This document shows positions 13,689 through 28,335 of a stretch of DNA of 64,000 nt, one piece after another. The position numbers and the translations under genes are program-made. Origin of the DNA: Chrysomallon squamiferum (taxonomy: Eukaryota; Animalia; Mollusca). The notes under the pieces were generated by a model that worked only from the letters and a program-made list of their open reading frames with translations, did no database searches and was not told the origin of the DNA. Location of the stretch: assembly GCA_012295275.1 (NCBI GenBank), contig CM022667.1, positions 3,162,001 through 3,226,000 on the forward strand. Direction: 5' to 3'. Each line of letters starts with the position of its first letter. The stretch's first letter is position 1.

Positions 13689-16145
13689 AGAAAAAGAAAC
13701 AGAAAACAAAAGATAAAAAAGACACGTGTACTGTCTGATGTTTCAAAACGCGCAAACCCCGCTGTAATTACCCTTCGAACCTTTGTTACAATCGTATCGC
13801 AATTCACCGCGTCACGTGATCAGACTCGCACGATCCAAACAGATAAAAGAAATTCACCAAATTTTGTTACGTAGTTATTTTTCGCCATTATCTACCTAAG
13901 TAGCTCTGAAACTTTCGACAAACCAATAACGAAATATTTCTCTTTCGACTTGAACACATATCTTCGGCTCAATTACCGGAAATGCATCTGCCGATATTAA
14001 CTCGAAACTAATTTTGGTGAACGTGCATTCCGTGTTGCGTTGAACGAGATAAGTGCTCTTATTAAGTTGCATAACAAGGAATTACTGGCATTCTGTGGAA
14101 AACAGTTATGTGTTTTATGGGATATATCTTTCTTACCCTGGCACTGTGTCCTGTGCCGCCTGCTAAAGGTTGTTTCATACAAGATGATTCTCGAGTACCT
14201 ACCGTATTGATTATAAAGTCTGTTTCACACGAAACCATCATCAAGTAAAAAAAAAGCGCATGCACATTTTGTCAAATATAAACATACAGACATTTACAAA
14301 TTTATCTTTGAAAAATTCAACTATTTATCTACTATTTACAACATTAGCAAATTCAGCTTATATTAGAAGCGAAAGTTATTTTATACTATGTAATCAAATA
14401 TAAATTATATAAGGAGATGTAGGTTTACACGTATATTTTATATCACTAAAACTGATACAACGTTATTTAATAATAAACGATTGAATAAAATATTAAATTA
14501 GGAAAGATATGACTGTTTTTCATTTAGTCGTAACCAAGTACTTTATTAAATTTCTTGCTTGAAATTTGCGTAATTTTTTTTTTTTTCTATTTTGAAATAT
14601 TTTTTTTTTTGATGTTATTTCTGAAACTTTGTCGCAAACTAAATTTTTTTTTTTTTATCTTTGTAATCTAAAGCTATTTTTTTTTTTTTTTTAAAAAGAC
14701 AAAAAAGACAATAAAAAAGAAAATATAACATTTTTTTTAATTTTATTTTTTTTTTTTTTTTTATTTGTATCATCGCTTAGCACAACAATTTCTGTCAGAT
14801 GTTTAGCTCTTTATCTCTCCTCGATTAATTATATTTTGAAGTTTATAACGTTCATGAAGGTGTAATAAAAGCGACTTTTATTTCTGACGGTTTGGTGGTA
14901 GGTGTCTCCTGTTTCGTTTTCTCGTACTAAAAGGTAAAATTACAGCTGCGATCTTATCTGACGTAATAAACACGGCGCCAGGATTCACAGCCGATTTTTG
15001 TGTAAGCAGAATTTGACACGGGCTAGACATAACATTTATCTTTTATGGGGGGACAGGGACGGCCCTGAGTCCCCGCCCCTGAGCCACACTTTTATCCCTT
15101 TATGCGCCAACTGGATTACATATTGGACAAGGTTCAATATATAGCATAATTAATATTGCTAAACTGTTAAAAAAAAAGATTTATTTTGTTCTTTTTTAAA
15201 GATTTTTTTTTTCTTTTCTGTATCCTTTGTATTAAAAAATACACGTTTATAAAAACTAATAATGAAAATATTTTTTGGTCTAAAGAACTAATAAACAGAT
15301 GTATGACCAAGCTAATAACAAATTAAAATATCACACGTTATTTCCAATTCCAACTTCAGCAAAGGATCCGATTTTGTTTCTTGGGTATTTTTAACAGCTT
15401 TCATTTATTTTATTTATATATATATTTTTATATCTGTGAAATTTTCGTAATCTGTAATCGTTTTTTTGAAACCTGTAAAACAGTATTTCTTTCTTATTAA
15501 CAATCAAATAAAATACTTGTATTTGAAATCATCTTCCAGCGTATTCAAAAACCATTAAAAGAAACCGAGCGAAAGAAAGACAGAAAGAAAGAAAGAAAGA
15601 AAGAAAAACTCTGTTTAAATAAGACAACATTCTTAGCGACTTCGGTTCACAAATGTTGCATTTTGAAGCAAAGCAGAATTCAGAAGAGCGGAATCGTTTT
15701 CCTTCTAGCAGAGACCACCAACAGTTTGAAGAAGCGAATGTAAACAATTAAATGCAAACTTGAAAGACAATACAACTTAATGAAGAACAGGAAAGATAAT
15801 GTTATGGCCCGGAATGTTCAAGCTAAACTCAGCACTGTTTCGGGGCTTAGCAGATTTTTTACAAGCGTGTTCGTCAGACTATGTATACCAAGCACGCCTG
15901 TCCTGGTCATACAATTTTGAAACCTGGTGTATAAGTCTATAATACTGCTGCTAGCAACACCTGTCGCCGGTTGGACTGGGAAAATAGTATTATTCTAATC
16001 AAATATAACGATTCGGCGTGTGCAGATCCTGGATTAGAACTGTGTCGGGATTAGAACCCACAGCGTAGAGAACTAGCTTACTTACATTCGTGATGCAAAT
16101 TTAATAAGAACTAATCCCTATCATTTAATGCTAAAAGAGAATTTT

Positions 16146-16177
<32 letters not shown>

Positions 16178-16587
16178 TATAGATATGTGTAGATCATATC
16201 TTTTATTATAAAATTATTTATATATATATATGTGTGTAGATCATAACCTGTTTAAAAAATGTCTTTATAAAAGAGCGATCCAGCTAGAATGAATCTAAAC
16301 CACAGCGTAATATGAGAATCACGTTGCGTTTCTTTTGTCCCTCAGTATAAATGTGCGTACATTCAAACCTGTTAAAGTGATAAAAATCAGTGGTTTCACT
16401 TTTACAAGAAAAAAAAAGATATACAAAAAAAAACAGGTAATAAAAAAGTATTATATATATAAAAAATATATATATATGAAATATAAATTAATTTTCGAAA
16501 ATCTGTAATGCGATATACATGTCATTAATTCGATTTTCATACTTAGAAACAAGATAGCATCCTTAGCGATAACTAAGTTATGTTTTA

Positions 16588-16615
16588 TTTATAATGATAA
16601 GTAAGTTAACAAATA

Positions 16616-16666
<51 letters not shown>

Positions 16667-16705
16667 ATCGATAGATAGATTTGTTAACTTATTTATCATT
16701 ATAAA
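16588..16705. repeat. Inverted repeat (27-bp arms, 1 mismatch) enclosing an (ATCT)n/(AGAT)n tract
   Basis: tttataatgataagtaagttaacaaat (16588-16614) pairs with atttgttaacttatttatcattataaa (16679-16705). Confidence 0.85.
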
Positions 16706-17210
16706 TATATATATATATATATATATAGATAGATAGATAGATAGGTAGATAGATAAACAGATAGATAGATAGATAGAAAGATAGATAGATAAACAGCTAG
16801 CTAGATAGATAGATTAAAACCTAGACATTAACCTTGACTACCTCCAAAATAATGTTTTCTTTACGTTTTTAATCTATTTTTAAAATAAATAAAAAATAAA
16901 CGGAGACGGGAAAAAGAAAAAATAGGTCGTGATGTATGATCTGGAAATTGTTAGGTGAGTAGGAGAAAAGGTGAGTATAGGAGTATGCGTAACTGAAGGA
17001 GCGGGAAGAAGAAGTCAGTAGTAATAACGAGTACGTAACAAGGTGAGAGGACATCAGGAGAGTGTAGAAATCAAGAGGAAAGGTGACCAGGTAAGATTAA
17101 AATCTAGGTGAGTAATGAAGGTGAGTATAAGAGTTGAGTAATGAAGGTGAGTGCAAGGAAGCAACAGAGAGAGTAGGAGATAATGACTGATAGGAGAGCT
17201 CATGTAAGTT

Positions 17211-17531
17211 GAAGAATAAAAGTGAGTATACTGAAGAATAAAGGTGATTATATGGAAGAATAAAGGTGAGCATACTGAAAATAAAGGTGACAATATGGAA
17301 GAATAAAGGTGAGTATATTGAAGAATAAAGGTGAGCATATGGAAGAATAAAGGTGAGCATACTGAAGAATAAAGGTGAGTATACTGAAGAATAAAGATGA
17401 GTATATTGAAGAATAAAGGTGAGTATATTGAAGAATAAAGGTGAGTATACTGAAGAATAAAGGTGAGTATACTGAAAAATAAAGGTGAGCATATGGAAGA
17501 ATAAAGGTGAGTATCCTGAAGAATAAAGGTG
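17211..17531 (+). repeat. 22-bp minisatellite, ~15 copies (gaagaataaaggtgagtatact)
   Basis: The periodicity is directly visible. Degenerate aggtgagta-containing units extend upstream to ~16950. Confidence 0.92.
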
Positions 17532-18290
17532 TGTTATATACACATTTTATGGAGGTAATAGAAGAAAATACAACATTTGGTGTAGATTAAAAATTTAATA
17601 CAATTTAATTTCACAACAGAAAGCAGTACTATTGTGCAGTTCATAAGAACAAAATCGTTAAAACTAATAACGATAAAAGCAAGAGTATCTGATAATGATC
17701 ATGACAAAAAAAAAAAAAAAATACAAGGTGAAATGTAATACGGTTTCTGGTCCATATTTGTAAATAATCTAACCAGTTTTTGGAATATATTTTTCTTACA
17801 GTGTGTTTTTAAAAAAAAAAAAATATATATATATGTAACATCATCTGCCGATCAGCTTTCAGAAGTGCACACGTTCTCGTGCGTGTAAAATCGCGCGAGA
17901 GGTTTGCAAGTCTCGCGAGAGACTGAGAAATACGTTGCGGACAAATAGCCATCCAACCAAGCCAAGCCAAGCCAGGCATACTCGGTACAAACTAATAATG
18001 ACTCATTATAAACATTTACAAACAGAAAACGTCTGTAAACACTGTTTATAAATTCATTCAACTTACCCATAACAACAACAGCGACGACCACAACAACGTC
18101 TGTAAACTCTGTAAACTCTGCGCTACCAGTTTCTCAAGAACCTGACTTGTGTGTGTGTGTGTGTTTCGCGTTTTCCGCAGCCACAAAGAAAACTTTTGCT
18201 GGCGATGCCACGGTCCATTCACAACAACTGAAGCAGACGATATCTGACGATCTTCTCACAAACAGATCTTTGGAGAGGGAGGTTTAGGGG

Positions 18291-18325
<35 letters not shown>

Positions 18326-18512
18326 GAATAAAGAACACAGTCATGAAGAGGTGTGTGGAAAAAACAGATACGGCAGACGTTGTTATTGTAAACAGGGAAC
18401 ATGCTGCCCTTCTGTTGCTGTAGACTGCACTGAGGTTGTAGGATCGATCCTTTATAATGCGCCTTTTCATTTTTTTTTTTGTTTTTTTACGTTTCTTATT
18501 TATTTATTTATT

Positions 18513-18587
<75 letters not shown>

Positions 18588-19872
18588 ATTAATATTATAG
18601 ATGGTTTATAAGAAGCTAAGGAAAATGTTTTCTTAAGCTAAGAAAGGGTGGATTATATTGACACTGTGTAGTTTTTTTCCCGTTCTACTCATCTGTAATC
18701 TGTGTATGGTGCACAGACAGACACATAATAAAACGAAAAATGTAACAGAAAAACTGTAATTAGGAAATGAAATCCGATCTGTGTTGATACAAAATCCTAC
18801 ATAGGTAAGTACGCACACACACACAAACACACACAGACACACACACACACACACACACATTCACACATTACCACGTTAGATACACTCGTAAGACAATAAT
18901 AAAAAAAAAAATAGTAATAAATAAATTAATTAATTAATAAAAAAAAAAATTAAAAAAAAAAAAAACATATTTCTTCTTTGTTGTTCAGTCAGACATTTAT
19001 TTCCGGGCCGGAAGTGACATTTCGTTCGTAGCAGACGTCAAGTGTTTTTGTTTGATGTTCGTCATATCTCGCGCAATTAACTACGTAACCTTGCCGCAGT
19101 TTCCATTGCTATGACAACGTCCGACAGACACGCAGAGTTATCTCAGATTATTAAACCCGCGGTAATTTCTTTTATGGATTTCATATCTGAATACTTCACA
19201 GAACTTCCTGCGCAGTATTGATACAGAGGGAGCAGGGATTTTTTTTTAACTTCTCCCCGTCCCATTCGCGTTCACACTTTTATTATCCGTGCTGAGCTTT
19301 ACGACAACGGTGATAGCGTTGTTGCTGTCGTTTTTTTCTTTCATGATTTCCTTCCGTTACAAAACAGTTTTTTGATCATTTCTTATTATTACCTAAGAAG
19401 TTTTTTTTTTTACAAATATAACTATATATATATTTTACTGTTGTTTGTTTGACTGATTGTTGTTTCTTTGTTTGTTTGTTACTTTGATATATTGTTTCTT
19501 TGTTTATTTGTTACTTTGATATATTGTTTTTTTGTTTATTTGTAAATGGATTTTACAGTAATAAGATTTGAAGGACGTATTATTTTCATTTCCTTTTTAT
19601 TATTATTAACACATTATTTTTTTTTTTTTATCTTCTTCTTGTTCTATTTTTTTTTTTACAACGTCTGCTTTTTTTTTCTTCTTCTTCTTCTTCTTCTTTT
19701 CTAATGGATAATTAATACTTCTTCCTTGCTCTTTTTATTTTTTATTATCGCCTTTTTTTCTAAAAATATAAATAAATATTTAGCTAAACTTGTTATCATC
19801 ATAACAGTGTTTGATGTATCTTCTTCAAAACTGCTAATTGCTTTTTGAAAGATTTATAGTCATGTGTATATG

Positions 19873-19903
<31 letters not shown>

Positions 19904-21023
19904 CTCTTTGAATAGGGTTTTTGAGTTCTTGTAAGGTTTACCCATAACTTTGTTACGTCTTAATCTTTCAGAATTTGACAAACGAAACTTTTTAATCTTT
20001 TTTAGAATTTCACAATGAAGATAGCAAAGTTAATGTGGGTGGGCTTTTTTAAGATGTGTGTGAGTGTATGTGGTGTCTGTGTGTGTATGTTTGTGTGTGT
20101 GTTAATATGTTATAATAATTATTTAACTGGGTCCATCTGTCAGCGTGTCTATATGTCTCTCTGTCTGATATCTTTCTATGTATGTATGTATGTACGTATG
20201 TATGTATTTATGTATGTATATTATTTATCTGCTTATTTATTTATTTACTGATTTATTGATTTTTTTTACATACTGTATACATACGTATAGATATAGATAG
20301 ATAGATTCTTCATTCCTTCTTTTTTTCAATCAACCCTTTCATTTATTTATTTTCCAGTTGTTTATTTTTTTATCTGAAATAGGCAATTGTGGCAATAAGG
20401 TTTAGTATAATATAATAAATGTTATATGAAGGGTAAAATAAATTTTCTTAATCTTACGATAATCAGTTTTATGTATTATTACGACTTTCAGAAATACAGT
20501 ACAGACAAATTTGTTCATCTCGTAGCAAGATTCGCGAATCATCATTTTCTTCTTTTCATTTCTGAAAAACATTTAGTCGTATCCAGATGAAAGTAATTGT
20601 GTTGAAATGCATGAAACGTTTATGAGAATTAAATGTTAAATAATCTATTTAAAGAAAAAAAAACAAACAAAAAAAATAAAATAAAATAACCCCCTCCCCA
20701 ACAAAAAAATAAAAAAATAAAATTATATGCACACACAAAATTAAACAAACAAACAACAAACAAACAAATAAATAAAAATTAATAAATAAAATAAATAAAT
20801 ATATAAATATATTTATATTTTCTGAAGAATAAAAATACATTTTCGGATTTATAGTTTCTAATATTAATTTCTAATTCAAATATCAATTTTCCCAATTTAT
20901 TTATATTTAACTTATTAGATATCAATCAGATTAGAGAGGAAACCCGCCACTACCATTCCATTATCTAAATTACACGAAATAACAAAGCATTTATATACAT
21001 ACTTACATACATACATACATGCA

Positions 21024-21060
<37 letters not shown>

Positions 21061-21462
21061 AATCATCACAAACATTATAATTAATAAATTAATCTCGGAG
21101 TATATTTGGAATGGGAAACGACTCAGGATTTATCTTTTCTATCGACAGCGAAGTCTACCGCTAATTTGCAGACTGCGCCAAGGATTCACAATTGTCAGCT
21201 ATGCAGTCGAACTGACAGACATTTTTGTGAGTAAATATCTGAGTGTTACTAATTATATTTATTATCATCAGTGTCGGCCTTAAAAGCAGTTTTAACAGTG
21301 ACACGGTCACGTGTCAATATCGTTATTCTGTAAAGCGCGTGACGTTTGACCTTGACATTCATTAAGATGTGTATATATTCTAGACTTGAAGACGAGAATA
21401 TGAGTGTTTGCTATTAAAAGATATTAAAATTAATCATGTTTCTTAAAACAACAGCAACAACT

Positions 21463-21507
<45 letters not shown>

Positions 21508-22212
21508 GCAGTAATAATAGTAGCAATAGTAGCAGTAATAGTAGTAGTAGTAGTAGTAATAATAGTAATAATAACAATAATAATATAATAATAACAGGGA
21601 TGACAAAATAATAGTAATAATAATAATTAAAATAACAATAATAACAATAATAACAACGACGACGACGATGATGATGGTGTTGATGATGTTACAACCAAAA
21701 TATGTCAAAATTGCTACTTACGAGTGGGTAAATAACAAAAACCCTTAACGTCACCCGCTAAGTGTTAAATAATAGAAATAATGAAGTTAAAACTACGCGT
21801 CGAGGAATAAAAACTATTTTCTACTCGGCAAACGCTGGATATCGGAAGCGACAGGTACGCAATTCTTCGATCGCAAAACGTGTGTGGCGCGCGCAAAGTG
21901 CGTGTTGACGTCAGCCTGTCAGGCAGAATATCCTGTAACGCTACGCTGCTGAAACGACGCCGGCGTCAACGGCTCTGTTTTACGAGGAATCTGGATTCCA
22001 AAAGTCAGCCCCCCCCCCAAAAGTTTAAAAAAAAAAAAAAAAAAAAAAAGAAGAAGAAGAAAGAAAATAAATCGTTGTAATAACAAAATGTGATACATGC
22101 GAAATCTCGCCGTCTTTTTTTTTTATTTATTTATTTTTTATTTTTATGTTAGTTATATTATAAAAAACATAATTATTATTATTAATAAGAAATACGTTGA
22201 TTTGAGACTGTT

Positions 22213-22292
<80 letters not shown>

Positions 22293-22306
22293 ACTCTCTT
22301 TCTTTT

Positions 22307-22343
<37 letters not shown>

Positions 22344-22438
22344 TGCTCTTATCTACGATTAGTTTGCGTAAAATAAAATCATTGTTAGCACAGGCTGTGA
22401 AAATGTTTACAAGAAAAACATTTATTTTGTCCTTCTGC

Positions 22439-22494
<56 letters not shown>

Positions 22495-22500
22495 TATGTT

Positions 22501-22612
<112 letters not shown>

Positions 22613-23170
22613 TCTCTCTCTATATATTTTTCTCTGAATGTTTACGCTTATCTACGAAAGTATACGTAAAATAAAAATCATTGTTAGCACAGGCGGTGAA
22701 AATGTTTACAAGAGAAACATTTTATTTTTATACTTTCTATCAATTTCCTCCGTTCTCTACCCAGGTCCTGTTTTTCATTCACGCACATTAAAAACACGTG
22801 TAATAACTCTGACCGCCGCCTAAACATCCGGGTTACAGTTGAAGTACATTTTAAACTGTTGATGGCGCTTTGAATAAACATTACTAAGTACACGGATATG
22901 TTTCCGAAAACATGTAAATTATTAAGTGTCTTATTTTTCTTTTTTTATTCGTTATTTTTTCAAATTACACAGCTTGGAATTCAGTTTTCATATTATTGTT
23001 GTTGTTGTCGTTGTTGTTGTTTTTATCATCGTGATCATCCTCGTCCTCATTATTATTGAAAAGATTTTTTTATTTTATTATTTTTAAAATTATTTAATGC
23101 TATTTAATATTGCTGTGACTATACTGTCATGATTTTAATTACTGTACACGCAGACAAATAAATACCTATA

Positions 23171-23208
<38 letters not shown>

Positions 23209-24942
23209 TTAACATAAAGAGAACATTTATTTTTAACTTGTTTTTCTTTATGTTAAAAAATTAATTATAACACGTGACGACATTTTTCTTACTATCTTTT
23301 GACACTGACAACTGAAACCACGAATTAATCTTATATAGAAAACTGTACTTAAAATCGGATCACAGTTTGACACTGACAAACTAAAAACACGCACAAAGTG
23401 GACTAATCTACACATTTCATCTCTGAAAGTGCAACGCACTCAGATTTATAAAGATTCCTTTTCTTTCTAAATCAAGATTCTCGCATCGTTTTTTTTTTCC
23501 GAATGCTGGAATAAAACAAAAGATTCAACACGTTTTTTTTTTTTTTTTTTTTTTTTTAAAATCTGCGATTGGAGTCTGGATATCTGTGAAACACTCAAAA
23601 ACTCCTGCTTTTTCTCTTTTAATCTGGTGTTGATTTCAAGACGGTGTCACCATCCTTTTGCGATAAACTTGATAACAGCCAATTCTGACCTTAGAACTGC
23701 CGCCATGTTTTCTCTCTGCTATGCGCAAGCCCAGACATATATATATATATTAGGTGCAGACAACAAAAAACTGTAATATATCTTTAATATATCTCTGTGA
23801 AACTTCTGTCTGATTGTAATTGTCTGAGAGAATTTGTTTAGTGCCAAACAAATCATGTTTAAGATCATCGCGTCGAATTTGTTGGTGCCACAAAACTGTG
23901 TGTTTGAGTGCATCACGTGAACAGATTAACTCGACCGGAATTCTCGTAGCTGTTACGCTAAATCACTGACAAGGCATTAACTGGCCTTCCAGTAATGTCC
24001 ATTACCAGTCGCATCACGTGGAGATATGAAAGCAAGGCGGATCGTAAAGATGAACGAAACAGTGATACAATTACACTTTTGTCTTTAGTCGGCATTAAGT
24101 GGTAACAATAAAAAGAAATTATCACAACAGTGTGATGGAATCATTACATCATTTTTTGCTATAACTGAAGTAATATTGGGCTTTTAAATGTTTTTTTTTC
24201 CTTTTTTTTTTTAAAATTAATAATCAGTACTAATTTTTTTCTCTCTCTCTCTCTCTTCTATTCTGTTCACCTCTTGTTTGTATAAAACTAATTATTTCCT
24301 TTGCGAGCTTAGATCTACAAAATCTACTAGTAAAAAAATTTCATTAAAAAAAAAATAAATAAATAAATAAAAATAAAAAACGCGTGTTTGATCATTTGAG
24401 TTAACTTAGTGTGACTTACAATGGCTGTCTGAGAAATAAACGCTTTGCATCTTTTACAAAAAATATATCTGTCTGGCTATTTCTTTTTACAAAAATTAAA
24501 AAGCAATCACGTATACTCCGAAAAAACACAAATAAAAACAAGAACATATGACCCGACCCTCACAATTCTTTATCATGTCCTAATTATAGCACGGGAATTC
24601 TCTTAACACCAGAATGGCTCTATCATCAGCATCTTTATCTAGAACGCGTGGCCATTATTATTATACGAAAATGGACGATTATCGCGGGGTCGTGCTAAAT
24701 GAGGTGCAAAGTGCTCTGGGATTCGTCCGAGTTACACAAATATTGTTCTGCTGTCTGCGCCATTTGAACGTTTGTTCAGGACGTGTTACAGCCGACTGTT
24801 ACAAACTGGACTGTTAAAAAAAAAACACTCCACTTTGACTTGTCTGTGTTATTTTACTTTTAAGTTATTACTGTTATTATTATTTTAATGTTTAATAGTA
24901 CTTACGTAAATGTTTTGCTTTCTTTGAATACATATATTTATT

Positions 24943-24944
<2 letters not shown>

Positions 24945-25029
<85 letters not shown>

Positions 25030-25082
25030 TATGAGTTAGTGTCTTTCAGTTTGAATGACTCTCTCTCTCTCTCTCTTTGTCC

Positions 25083-25113
<31 letters not shown>

Positions 25114-25164
25114 CTCTCTCTCTCTATCTCTCTCTCTCTATGAGTTAGTGTCTTTCAGTTTGAA

Positions 25165-25231
<67 letters not shown>

Positions 25232-25275
25232 TATGTTTTAGTGTCTTTGTGTGTTTCAGTTTGAATGACTCTCTC
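24945..25275. repeat. Compound repeat: (CT)n tracts alternating with atgagttagtgtctttcagtttgaatga, x3
   Basis: The spacer occurs at ~25031 and ~25140, with a degenerate copy at ~25240. Confidence 0.8.
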
Positions 25276-25671
25276 TTTTTCTCTATGATGAATTTCTAAG
25301 AATAGTAATAAAAAAGAAAATCACGTACAGTTTAAACAAATAAATAGGAAGCATGAAGAAAAAACAGAACAAACAGGTTAAAAGGAAGAAGTAATTTAAA
25401 AACTTCCTCTTCGAACATTTTCTTAGATCGTATCAGAGATACAAATACTCAAAGAATAAACCTACTTTAACGAGCTCAGATGTTTATAAACAACTTTCCC
25501 ATAACATTTCACAAATATTTCACTGCTTTTTATCCTCTTCTTCTTCTTCTTAAAATATCCATAAGAAGAAAAATAAAATGAATAAATACATATAAAAAAA
25601 TAATATATATAAATATATATATATTCTATCAAAATATTCAACATTCTATCAAAATAGTAGTAGTAGTACTA

Positions 25672-25727
<56 letters not shown>

Positions 25728-27052
25728 TAAAAGAAAGTTATAATTTAATTTACCAAACGTCGCGAGGTTTAATGCAATAACTGGAAATACTAAAACTTTC
25801 AGTGAATGCTCTGTTGTATGAAATGAAACAAACCCCCCAAAAACACAACCTCAAACCCCCACCCACCCACCCACCCGTGTCTATAAAACTTCAGGAGAGA
25901 AATGAACAATTAAAAGTGTTTTCTCAGTAAAGACGGGTAACCGTAACGTAAAAAAACCTCTTGTGTGAATATCGCTTCCCACCATCACACACTGTAAGCA
26001 ACAGAACTAATCGTGTTTCTCACACTCGCCTTTGTAGCGGTCCTTCGCCTTTACGTCCAGATCAGAAGCTTCATTTCGACGAGTTACTGTTTTAAAGAGT
26101 TCACCTGAGAGATAGATTAACTGAACTGTAATGCAGCTACAGTGGGACCTGTCTTTAGTTGCCCCTAAGATGTGCGGACACTTTTCCAATCCCGACTGTT
26201 AACTTTAGATCAACGGACACCTACATTATGCGGACACGGGCAGCATGTTTTATAATTATTATTCCTCTGCTAAAGCGGACAGTCATACCGATCTGTATTT
26301 GTTTTCTCCAAAATAAAATAATTTTATTGTATACGGCAGCTTTGTATGATGGTTTTAAAGATGATGCAGACCGTTTTCTATGATTACTCAGTGCATTACA
26401 GGATGTGTTGTTTTTGTCCAGTCACTAGAGCACGCGTACTGCAATCGCCAAACTCTTTTCAGCCAAAACGTGCGAGTTTAACCCATTTTGGTACCTAACT
26501 TTTGATAATTCAAACAGTCGATTATCATTCCATGACTATTTATGTTTTACAGACACCACGAGTTAGCGAAAAGACGTTGTTGGCCGACACAAATCGAAGG
26601 TCTTTTTGGGGGGTTTTCAAACGCAGTATTTTCTAAAATAAATAAATATACCTTATGCTTGTTATGAGTTTTATGACATGCAAAATATGTTTTGTTTACA
26701 ATCCGTCAATGAAGTCGATATGTTTTGTAATTGTGTTTTAAATGAAAAAAACCGTGAAGTTTGAACTGTGCCATGACGATTTATGTTTCTTGATTGTACT
26801 GGGTTTGCGCATGAGAACAAAGATTGTAAATATGTTTTAAATTTATTATTTTTTGTAAATTTTTGTCCCTCTGATAAGAAGACAGGTGCGATATAGGGAC
26901 CCTTTCGCTTGACCCCACAGGTGTTCAGTTCCTACAAGACGGGTACCATTGTATTCGATTCACCATAAATTTACCAGAGGAAATAACTCCTGTTGATTGA
27001 CATACGTTTGGTCTTAAGAGTTATCGTTCGTTTTAGAAACCTTTTATTATTA

Positions 27053-27103
<51 letters not shown>

Positions 27104-27630
27104 TTTTACATTTTTTAAATTATTTTATTATATTATATAATATTATATTATATTATATTATATTATATTATATTATATTATATTATATTATATTTTATTA
27201 TATTTTATTTTATTTTATTTATATATACTGTTCCTTTAATAAAATTAATGTTGAATATACGCAGATAAATGCTACTGGACCCAACAGTATAGACAATCTT
27301 CACCTTTACAACGTCCTAAAACAGGGAGCAGTCATTTTGTAAACATTACTAGAAAATTTCAAAATCGCAGTGTTATGTTTGGAGTCTATGTTTTAAGGTT
27401 TTTAATATACTTCATCTCCTTATCGAAGATCAAGCAAGAGTATGCGTGTGTATATGTGAGTGTGTGTGTGTGTGTGTGTATGTGTGTGTGTGTGGAACAA
27501 TTAAATGTATGATGTATAATTATGTATTTTGATGTACGTGTGATCTTTACATTTATACTTTGCTAAATTTCTGTGGATGTATGGTTTTCGTGTTTCTTGC
27601 ACATGAAGAACTGCTTACGTATATATATGT

Positions 27631-27684
<54 letters not shown>

Positions 27685-27765
27685 GACGTTCGTACAAGCA
27701 TATTGGTTCGTGTCACCAGTTAAAGTGTATGATTCATTGTTTTACGAAATAATTATAATTATCAG

Positions 27766-28247
27766 GCGTATTTATTGCTGTACAAAAATTTCGCGGTGAC
27801 GGTCGGCGTCAACATCCTCGTCATGGGAGGAGAGATTCAGGAAAACAAATCGGACTTGATCCAGTGTTTCAACACGAGGACTCGAGCAATCACAACCATG
27901 ACAACAGCTTTGCCTTTCAGGTCAGAACTGCTCCGGGGTTCCGTGCACCTGCTGGATGTCTCTACCTGTTGGACAACGACGGCAACGTTGTCCATCTTCA
28001 CATCATCGACGACGACGGAGTCATTCAGATTCGCGTGGTCTCCACGTCAAAGTGGGAGCCGTTTGAGTACTGCTTTGGTGTCATGTACAGAGACGGCAGC
28101 TTGCTGTGCTTCAGTCAGAACGGTCTTCTGAAATTCAGATTCGACGAAGGTAGAGGTGAAGACTGTTCCTGTATAAAACCGCCAAGAACTGGAGATGTTT
28201 ACAATGTGTTGACACTGGCTTCAAGAAATGGTTTAACGTTCAGCTAG
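27766..28247 (+). pseudogene. Kelch-repeat (KLHL-like) terminal exon or fragment with a frameshift
   Basis: Frame 1 reads AVTVGVNILVMGGEIQENKSDLIQCFNTRTRAITTMTTALP, a Kelch blade pattern (hydrophobic strand-GG...IQCFN). It shifts at gatgtc(tc)tacctg (~27955-27962) into frame 2, YLLDNDGNVVHLHIID...SRNGLTFS*. The island is GC-rich and coding-like, has a candidate acceptor cag at 27763-27765 and AATAAA at ~28470. No upstream exons or BTB domain were recognised. Confidence 0.6.
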
Positions 28248-28262
28248 GATTTTACTGTTTAA

Positions 28263-28335
<73 letters not shown>

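Noticed and set aside
16046-16062. B-box-like gggattagaaccc suggesting a tRNA
   Set aside because: No cloverleaf or A-box is recognisable; at most a SINE relic.
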